Source: Candidatus Zixiibacteriota bacterium
Lineage (GTDB): Bacteria > Zixibacteria > MSB-5A5 > GN15 > FEB-12
Reading direction: 5' to 3'
Assembly (NCBI GenBank): GCA_041742355.1
Contig: JBGSIV010000157.1
Span: forward strand, 21,543 to 85,542
Length of the DNA stretch: 64,000 nucleotides
Position numbers and translations under genes: made by a program. The notes beneath the pieces are model-generated. The model did not search any database. It saw only the letters and a program-made list of their open reading frames with translations, and was not told where the DNA came from. This document shows positions 8,374 to 15,768 of this stretch, piece by piece. How positions within the stretch are numbered: the first letter of the stretch is position 1; each line of letters opens with the position of its first letter.

Positions 8374-10662
8374 TTAGACAGTGTTTTCAGCCAGGCGCAG
8401 CTCCAGCAAAGACTGGAGAAAGGCCAGGGTAGACTCCGCGCCGAGGTTTTCGTTGGGACGGTCGGGGTGCAAACCATCGCGACATCCACCGGTGGTTGGG
8501 TCGTAGATCGAGAGATTCAAATCGTTGCGCCCGAGGAACCATTCAAAGGCGCGCTGGGCTTCCCGGCGCCAGCGATCGTCCCGTGTGATCCTGTACGCCT
8601 CAAGGCAGGCAGACACCATGGCCTGACCTTCCACCGGCTGTTGATCGAAGCGGGCTCGTTCGCCGCCCTTGCGGTAGAATCCATTCGATCCGACTGGGAC
8701 GAAGTGGCCTCCTTTGCCGGCTCGCTGTATGTCGGATAACCAGGCGAGCGACTCCAGCCCCGCCTCAATCATAACCGCGCTGTTGACGGACTCACCGCAG
8801 ATCAGCGATGCATGGGGGAGTACGGCGTTGCAGTAGGTGAGTCCCTCCTCGTACCACCGCCAGTCATCCGAGCGGCATCGTTGATACAGGGACAGGAGTC
8901 TCTGCGACAACTCCTCCTGAACCTGGCTGGCACGACGATCGCCGGTAAAACGCCGGAGATACTCATGAATACCGATGAGCGCGAACGCCCATGCCCTCGG
9001 ACTGGTCGTGTCAACTATGCCGGGTAAGGCTCTTTCAAACAACCAACTGGCCATACTCTGGAGCGCCGGAGTATGTGACCGACCCAGCACGGCTCCGAGA
9101 GCCCATAGTGCGCGGCCGTGGCTGTCGTCCGAACCACTCGCCTCCATCCAGGTGCGCTGGTAAGTCATGAAGTTGCGGAAGCGTCCGGTCTCGGCATTAT
9201 ATGCATACCAGATGAATGCAAGATACCGTGAGGCCAGTTCGAAAGCCTCCGCATTCCCCACATCCTCCAGGAGTGCGCTCACGATAAGGGCGCGGGCATT
9301 ATCGTCGGTCGTGTACCCTTCGTGATAGTTGGGTATCGTGAAAATAGCGTGCTGGAGAATACCGGTCTCGTCCGTCATGTTGCGCAGGTGATCCAGCCTT
9401 AAGAGCGGCAGTTCACCGGGATGCTTGTCGAGAGCTTTGACAGCGAAGCCCGGAATACTGAAATGGCGACGATCAGCCCGAGCGCGCTCGAAGGTCTCGC
9501 GGTAACGGCGCGCCACTTGCGGCCAGATCATCTCCCGCCCAAACATGTACGCTCGTTTGCGCATCGCGTGACGCCTGGCCTCGTCATCCAGCAGCTCAAT
9601 TACCTTCGCAGCGAGTGCCGACGGGTCCCGAAACGGCACCAGGATACCTCGATCCTCTGCCAGCATTTCCTCGGCATACCAGTACGGCGTCGAAATCACG
9701 GCCTTTCCGGCGCCCAGCGTGTAGGCGAGGGTGCCTGACGTGATCTGCGCCTGGTTGAGGTAGGGAGTGATGTATATGTCCGCGGCGCCAATAAATTCAT
9801 TCAGCTCTTCGAGACTGACAAAGCGGTTGTAGAAGATGACGTTGCTCTCTACGCCTCGCTCACGAGCAATCCACTGGAGAGAAAGTCGGTATGCCTCTCC
9901 GTCGGTTTCCTTCACATGAGGATGAGTCTCCCCCAGGACAATGTAGACGACATTGGGCTGCACCGCCAGGATCGCAGGCAGGGCCTCGATGACATTCTCG
10001 ATCCCTTTGCTTGTCGACAGCAAACCGAAACTGAGCAGGACCATCTTCCCTTCGACGCCAAACAGGTCCTTGTGAAAACTCGGATCGACAAACGGCACGT
10101 CCGGGATGCCGTGAGGGATGAGATCAATTTTGTCCGCAGACACGCCATATATCTGTGTCAGGAATTCTTTGCCGCGCTGACTCATGACAACCAGCCGGTC
10201 GGATAGCTTCGCTACTTCCGTCAGCACCAAACGCTGATGTGGATCGGGCTCCGCCAGTATGGTGTGAAGAGTGGTCACAATTGGCATGCGCAGTTCACGA
10301 AGGAGCGTCAAGACATAGCTGCCGGCGCGACCACCGAAGATACCGTACTCGTGTTGCAGGCAGACAATATCGACATTGTTGATATTGAGGAAGTCAGCCG
10401 CTCGGCGATACGACGCTATGTCTTTCTCCGTGAGCTCAAACCGGACGCGTCCGGGGTATTCGTAACCCTCGGCTGTGTCATTCACGGGAAGGGCGATGCA
10501 CGTCGTCCCTTCACGCTCGGCTGCGATGGCTTCACACAGATCGGTGGTGAAGGTAGCGATACCACACCGTCGCGGCAGATAATTGCCAATGAAAGCGACC
10601 CGGTTTATCCTTGAGTAGACGGAGGCTTGCTCCGTTTCCAGCATTTCCTTATCAGTCGCCAC
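8374..10662 (-). CDS. GT4 glycosyltransferase fused to a C-terminal (alpha/alpha)6-like domain
   Basis: 762 aa. The N-terminal half has a GT-B/GT4 layout (RVAFIGNYLPRRCGIATFT...GETHP...ITPYLNQAQITSGTLAYTLGAGKAVISTP). The C-terminal ~350 aa is helical-repeat rich in W/Y/R. GTG 10662 or ATG 10644 could be the start. Its stop is 20 nt upstream of the GH130 start. Confidence 0.85.
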   Translation of the reverse strand: MATDKEMLETEQASVYSRINRVAFIGNYLPRRCGIATFTTDLCEAIAAEREGTTCIALPVNDTAEGYEYPGRVRFELTEKDIASYRRAADFLNINNVDIVCLQHEYGIFGGRAGSYVLTLLRELRMPIVTTLHTILAEPDPHQRLVLTEVAKLSDRLVVMSQRGKEFLTQIYGVSADKIDLIPHGIPDVPFVDPSFHKDLFGVEGKMVLLSFGLLSTSKGIENVIEALPAILAVQPNVVYIVLGETHPHVKETDGEAYRLSLQWIARERGVESNVIFYNRFVSLEELNEFIGAADIYITPYLNQAQITSGTLAYTLGAGKAVISTPYWYAEEMLAEDRGILVPFRDPSALAAKVIELLDDEARRHAMRKRAYMFGREMIWPQVARRYRETFERARADRRHFSIPGFAVKALDKHPGELPLLRLDHLRNMTDETGILQHAIFTIPNYHEGYTTDDNARALIVSALLEDVGNAEAFELASRYLAFIWYAYNAETGRFRNFMTYQRTWMEASGSDDSHGRALWALGAVLGRSHTPALQSMASWLFERALPGIVDTTSPRAWAFALIGIHEYLRRFTGDRRASQVQEELSQRLLSLYQRCRSDDWRWYEEGLTYCNAVLPHASLICGESVNSAVMIEAGLESLAWLSDIQRAGKGGHFVPVGSNGFYRKGGERARFDQQPVEGQAMVSACLEAYRITRDDRWRREAQRAFEWFLGRNDLNLSIYDPTTGGCRDGLHPDRPNENLGAESTLAFLQSLLELRLAENTV

Positions 10663-10905
10663 GTTTCCACCCCACGGTTTTCAATCCTGACCAATCAAAC
10701 CGATCGAGTTGTTGCATACCTGCCTACTTTCCATTTGCTGCCCAGTTCCTGGAGTGCCCACCTTATACTACCGAAATCGCTGACGGCCGTCAGCCACACT
10801 GACGGCCGCCAACATTGTGTCAACGCGACATATTGAGTCCGGCCGGCGCGCTTCCCGGAGGATGCGCGCATAACCGAAGCGGGGAACTCGATACCGTCCG
10901 ACGCC

Positions 10906-11466
10906 CTAGAGGCGGAACAGCACACCGGCGTTGATGGAGTAGAAGTCGGAATCGGTGCCATCAAGAATCTCACCCGGCAGGTCCGCGAAATCGTATTCGA
11001 GAAACACGAAACGGACATCTCCAAAAAGTCGGAATCTCTGCGAGGCCGGCACTTCAACCCCCGCGGCCAGATGCCACCCAAAGTTCTGGGTAGTCTCATC
11101 CTCAAAGCCGGCGTCGTTGTAGGCATCGGCGTAATCAAAGGTGGTACTGTACCAACCTCCGCCAACGCCTCCGTAGAGAAACGGCAGCGGGTAGAGCAGC
11201 CCCGTGACCGTCACCGGCCAATCCCTGGCCGTTACCGCACCGTTACCGTACTTCTCCTGGCGATAACTGATGTCTGCCTCCGCGCCCAGGATCGGCATTA
11301 GCTTCACGCGCAGGGTTGCACCGACCAGAAAATCGGCGTCTTCGGCGCCGCTCGAGTTCTGCATTCCGAGATGCGGACCCAGGTAAACATTCGTCTGGCT
11401 GCTTGCAGAGAGGGGGAGCGAAACGAGAATCCCCAGAAGGATCCCAGTACTGATAAGTTTTAACAA
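10906..11466 (-). CDS. outer-membrane beta-barrel protein
   Basis: TTG start 7 nt after AAGGAG. Signal peptide LLKLISTGILLGILVSLPLSASSQ. Alternating strands; the last strand is YSINAGVLFRL. Confidence 0.7.
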   Translation of the reverse strand: MLKLISTGILLGILVSLPLSASSQTNVYLGPHLGMQNSSGAEDADFLVGATLRVKLMPILGAEADISYRQEKYGNGAVTARDWPVTVTGLLYPLPFLYGGVGGGWYSTTFDYADAYNDAGFEDETTQNFGWHLAAGVEVPASQRFRLFGDVRFVFLEYDFADLPGEILDGTDSDFYSINAGVLFRL

Positions 11467-11901
11467 GCGATTCTCCTTAATCCGTTGAGTTTGCCTGTTG
11501 ACGCGAATTCATCGAAGTGCACATCTCGGCAGGCGTTGTGCACTGATCATGCACTAACTCATATAACAGAGAAAGGCGGCATAAGTACATCATCCAAAGG
11601 GATGAAAAGGTAGCTACATCGCTTGGGCGAAAGATCAGCTGAGATCTTTTGCCCGGGCCGCACCGTTCGGCAACCGAGTCGCGCTTCCGTAAGCATCTGG
11701 AGCGCCCTCTGAACCTGGGCAAAATGGAGATCCGTGAATCCGGCAGGTGATCGGTCCCCTTGACCGGTACCGTTACCCCGATTCAGACTAAAGCGGGGGG
11801 AAGCGCGTCAGTCCGCGGCGCGAGATCACTCTCTATGCAGGTGTTTATAGGATGTGAAGGTTCCTGCCGCTGACGGCTGGTGGTTCAATGGGATTTATCC
11901 A

Positions 11902-11995
11902 AACGGCGATGTAAACGACCACAGCCGGGTAGTCGTGGGCGATCTAACTTGCCCGGTGAGGTACCTCTTCAAGGGGCGGACCGGGGCCGGCATGT
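11902..11995 (+). pseudogene. relic of the second half of a dockerin-like C-terminal module
   Basis: NGDVNDHSRVVVGDLTCPVRYLFKG aligns with HGDVNADAKIIVSDLTYLVNYLFKAG of the 48187..48627 protein. A +1 shift after LFK restores GGPGPAC. No intact upstream gene body, and stops occur in all frames at 11700-11850. Confidence 0.5.
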
Positions 11996-12796
11996 TCGCA
12001 AGCACGCCAACCGACTCTATCCGTTTGTGGCAATTGAAACCGCCCTTTGAAGGTTGACGGATGGCTGCCTGATAAGTATCGTAAAGTAACAGCCACCCAT
12101 TGCCGCCATTGGCAATTTGCTCCGAGAGATTTCCGTATGCGCGGACTGAGAATGAAACAAGCGATTCGGCTCGGCCAGAAAAGGCTCTTACGTCATCTGT
12201 CCGTTTCGAAGTCTGATCTGGACGATGAGAGGTCGGCGCTGCATTTTGAGCGGACACTGCGGCGCACCGGCAGTCCATGCAGCGGTCCCTGTTGTGGTAA
12301 TCCGCGGCGCCATTTCCGGGCTGTCACCCTGCAGGAGCAGAAGGCAACCGAAGCCAGCCACTGGGTCGTGACCAGCGATGAGACGTCCGAACTGCTCTCC
12401 GGCTTCGCTGTCAGCAAGCTCAAGCGGCGGCACTTTGGGCGGGTCCGATTTGGCCGATTTAAGTAGTGACTGCTTGTGCCCAATTTGTGCCCACATGGGG
12501 GTCAAAACCTCTTCTTCGGCAATCGATCGGGCACAAGACCTCACAAAATCTAATTCCCTCACGGATAACGGTTTGCGCCGTAATTCGCTATAATCCAACG
12601 GCTTGCAGAAACAGGATAAATGGAATCCCTGTCTCTCCGCTTTCTTTTTGTCTTCCCTATTTGTCTTTGACACCACGCGGCGGTTTGTTTTACCAATCCA
12701 TCCCTTGGCGAAACCGGGCGGCCCCTCCGCCGGAGCATCCCCCGTGCGACCGGAGGGGGAGAAGCCGTCACTTCCTGAGGAATTGGCAAACATGTC

Positions 12797-12820
12797 AGAG
12801 GCCGGGCGCGCGCCCGGCCT
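12797..12820. terminator. perfect 24-nt GC palindrome downstream of the lipoprotein gene
   Basis: GAGGCCGGGCGC|GCGCCCGGCCTC, about 90 nt below the stop at 12912. No U tract on either strand. Confidence 0.4.
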
Positions 12821-12911
12821 CTGCTGTGTAGCACCCACAGCCGGAGAACCTTTTATCTTCGTGCCAGCCGTTGACACGACCTTCCGGTCCCCGGGTCCGT
12901 TTGGAGAAACA

Positions 12912-14114
12912 TCACGGTGCTGCTATCACCGCGATCAGAGAGGTCTTCAGATTCGTCTCGTCAAGCGGATACCCTTTGACAGAGACATAGTCCCCTACAG
13001 CCAGGTCGGCCAGGGTGATGTCCGCCCCGTCGAGACTGTAAATCTTGGCGCCCGGACACACCGCGCTGATCCAGGCCTGATCCTGATAGGTCACGATCCG
13101 TGTGTCGATATCGATCGACGCAATGTAGGAGGAGAAGGTCACGCAGATGCTCTGGCAATCCGCCGTGAGCTTGATCTTCGCCGCATACAGCGTGGCTTCG
13201 TCGACGACATTGGCCCGCAACTCAATCACGTCGCCGACCTTCAGATCGGCAAACGGGACAACCGTAAAGGTCTCATTGCGATAGTGATCTCCACCACTGA
13301 GCGCCTGTCCGTCCTGCTGACGGCTCCCCTGGTCGACATTGCCTTCCCCGAGATTCACGGTCACGGTCCAGATTACCGTGTTCTCATCAACCGTGATCGT
13401 TTCGGCTCTTTCCGCCACGGTGAAGGTGTTCGCTGCATAGTCTATGCCGGTGATTTCGGCGCGAATGGCGACCTCATATCCACCGTCGCCCGGCGTGCAG
13501 ATCTGCAGCCGTTTCGCATAAATGTAGCCGCTCTGGGTGCGCTCACCGTAAAAACCGACCGAATCGCCGGGGTGGATTTCACTGAAGGGCACCGGGGCCT
13601 CTTCATTGCCGTTGAGACGGGTGATCTGGCAGTTCCGGTTCGCAATCACGGAGTCGGGCTTCCCCTCGAACGTCAGCATGAGGCGTTCGCGGTTGACCAT
13701 TTCGACCCGGGCTGCATAGCGAACCGCTCCGGAATCCTGGCAGACCCGAATCTGGTTGGCATAGACGTACCGGTACTGGTTTTGGCTGCCGGTGACTTGT
13801 ACAGAGTCCCCTTTCCTGATCTCGCTGAAGGGGATGGGCGCCTCAGAGAAGCCATTGAGACGCACTATCTGGCAGTTCTCGTTGGCAATAACAGTATCGG
13901 GGCAACCCTCGATCATGAGCATCAGCCGGTTCTGTTCGGTGATAGTGACGCGGGCCATCAGCTGAACCTGTCCATCGGCAGGCGTCAGCTGGGCATCCGT
14001 CTTAAATGCCGAATTATCGGCTGGTGAATCGAGCGGCGATTTGTCGCAACCAATCAACAGGACCAGCAGGAGCAGGATCCCCGACAGAGCCAACAGGTTG
14101 ACAGCTTTCCTCAT
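12912..14114 (-). CDS. lipoprotein built from four DUF5666-like repeats
   Basis: ATG 14114 lies 5 nt after AAGGAGG; the listed ORF starts at GTG 14132. Lipobox LVLLIGCD. Internal repeats, e.g. ARVTITEQNRLMLMIEGCPDTVIANENCQIVRLNG..APIPFSEIRKGDSVQVTG versus ARVEMVNRERLMLTFEGKPDSVIANRNCQITRLNG..APVPFSEIHPGDSVGFYG. Confidence 0.75.
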   Translation of the reverse strand: MRKAVNLLALSGILLLLVLLIGCDKSPLDSPADNSAFKTDAQLTPADGQVQLMARVTITEQNRLMLMIEGCPDTVIANENCQIVRLNGFSEAPIPFSEIRKGDSVQVTGSQNQYRYVYANQIRVCQDSGAVRYAARVEMVNRERLMLTFEGKPDSVIANRNCQITRLNGNEEAPVPFSEIHPGDSVGFYGERTQSGYIYAKRLQICTPGDGGYEVAIRAEITGIDYAANTFTVAERAETITVDENTVIWTVTVNLGEGNVDQGSRQQDGQALSGGDHYRNETFTVVPFADLKVGDVIELRANVVDEATLYAAKIKLTADCQSICVTFSSYIASIDIDTRIVTYQDQAWISAVCPGAKIYSLDGADITLADLAVGDYVSVKGYPLDETNLKTSLIAVIAAP

Positions 14115-14287
14115 AGGAGCCTCCTTGAACACTTAGAGTAACGGTTTCCCACGCCTGCTTACTTCTTGACTGGCAGAGGAGGCGAAGCGTCGATCCGTTC
14201 TCGGAAGGGCGAAAAAAGTGGTCAAAACTACCTCCGATTACGGAGAGGGGTCAAACCGAGGTGATTTTATCCCCGTTCTCCGGAGTA

Positions 14288-14325
14288 ATGAAAAACGCCG
14301 GGGCAGCCCGATGGCCACCCCAGCG
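14288..14325 (-). terminator. intrinsic terminator of the sigma/anti-sigma/CHAT/S8 operon
   Basis: Minus strand reads CGCTGGGG-(14 nt)-CCCCGGCG (one G-U pair) followed by TTTTTCATT. Lies 28 nt after the S8 stop. Confidence 0.6.
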
Positions 14326-14352
14326 TGGGATCCGAAGAGAGTCTCAGCCGGA

Positions 14353-15762
14353 CTACTGAATCATGCAGGGAAGGGTCGATTCGAAGAACAAGTATCTCAC
14401 GAGGATTGTCAGGTCGGCTACGTTAATCCGATCATCGCAGTTCGCGTCGGCATTGGCAAACGTATTCAACACTCCGGCCCGGAAGAGATACCCGACCAGA
14501 GCCGTGAGATCCGAGACCTCAATGGTGCCGTCGGCTGTTACGTCGCCATGAGCCACGGGGTAGGCCCGCTCCAGAGCCTCTATCGGGTCGATGAGACCCG
14601 ATCCGAGCAGTCCTTCATAGCCTGGATTCAGGCTGTCGATACTGGTGGCGGATTGCTGCAGCAGAGTATCTATCTGCACCGCCGTGAGCGACGGATTGAC
14701 ACTGCGGACCAGGGCAATAACCCCGGTGACCAGCGGTGCGGCGAAACTGGTGCCGTCCCACCAGGCGTAGAGCGAATCGGCGTAAGCCGAATAGATCGCG
14801 GTGCCGGGTGCACAGATATCGATGCGAAGACCGTAATTCGAGAAACCGGCCTTCCGATTGGTTGAATCGAGCGCCGCCACCGCCACAGCATAGGTGCGGG
14901 AGGCCGGGAAGGGGAAGATGCTGTTGAGATCGGTCGAGTCGTTTCCGGCCGACGCCACAATGGGGATGTCCGCTTGCCGGGCAAGGCGAAGGGCCTCATC
15001 GAGGTTCTCGTCGATTCCCGTCATGCCGAGGCTCAGGTTGATGACCGACACGCTGTCGGCGATTGCCTGCAGGACCGCCGCGGCGATGGTGAAGGCACTC
15101 CCCTGTCCGGCCGAGTCGAGTACCTTATACACATTGATGTCCGCGCCGGGCGCCACCAGTTGGAGAGCGGCGGCCACGAACGTACCGTGCGCCGCACAAG
15201 AACCCAGGCTGTCGGGCTGGGCGAGGGAGTCCTCCTCCAGGTAATCGTAGCGACTCACGATGTCTCCCGGAGCGAGGGCAAATACCGGATGGGCGATATC
15301 AACTCCACCATCGATCAGGGCAATGGTGGTGCCCTCGCCGATGGCCAGGTCATGGGTGGCTGGCAGCGCGAGAGTAACAGCGGCCGGCTGGTCCTCAAAT
15401 GTCCCGATCAGCTCCTGATCGACAAAAGGCGAACTTCGCTGAAAGCCCTCCGGCACTGCGAGGTAGTAGTTCGGTCGACAGAATTCGACCCGGGGGTCGT
15501 TGTTGATCTGCGCGGCGGTGCTCTCCGGGTTCTGGCCGTGCGGGATGACCAGCAGATAGACGTCGGTCTCGATCAGGTGCCCGCGGACAATGGTGCCGTA
15601 GGTCGCGTTGACGTCCGCAATAGACGCACCCTCGATCACGCGGCACACGACTTCCGTGGGGGAGTATCGTGGTCCGATCTCATCGGAGCCGGCGATCGCC
15701 CTCGTGGCAATGACAACCGCAACCAGCCCCGCGAGTATGGTAAATCCGTATCTTCTCTTCAT
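14353..15762 (-). CDS. secreted S8 (subtilisin-family) serine peptidase with dockerin-like C-terminal module
   Basis: Signal peptide present. Catalytic triad contexts TIALIDGGVD, AAHGTFVAAAL and DGTSFAAPLVTGV. The C-terminal 65 aa is GDVTADGTIEVSDLTALVGYLF...DANCDDRINVADLTILVRYLF. ATG is 6 nt after the CHAT stop, with GGGAGGA inside the CHAT 3' end. Confidence 0.9.
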   Translation of the reverse strand: MKRRYGFTILAGLVAVVIATRAIAGSDEIGPRYSPTEVVCRVIEGASIADVNATYGTIVRGHLIETDVYLLVIPHGQNPESTAAQINNDPRVEFCRPNYYLAVPEGFQRSSPFVDQELIGTFEDQPAAVTLALPATHDLAIGEGTTIALIDGGVDIAHPVFALAPGDIVSRYDYLEEDSLAQPDSLGSCAAHGTFVAAALQLVAPGADINVYKVLDSAGQGSAFTIAAAVLQAIADSVSVINLSLGMTGIDENLDEALRLARQADIPIVASAGNDSTDLNSIFPFPASRTYAVAVAALDSTNRKAGFSNYGLRIDICAPGTAIYSAYADSLYAWWDGTSFAAPLVTGVIALVRSVNPSLTAVQIDTLLQQSATSIDSLNPGYEGLLGSGLIDPIEALERAYPVAHGDVTADGTIEVSDLTALVGYLFRAGVLNTFANADANCDDRINVADLTILVRYLFFESTLPCMIQ

Positions 15763-15768
15763 TTCATT

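Noticed and set aside
12603-14027. 474-aa plus-strand ORF
   Set aside because: It lies entirely antisense to the repeat lipoprotein gene. It is Arg/Gly/Asp-rich with no motif and no SD. This is the typical shadow ORF of a GC-rich gene.
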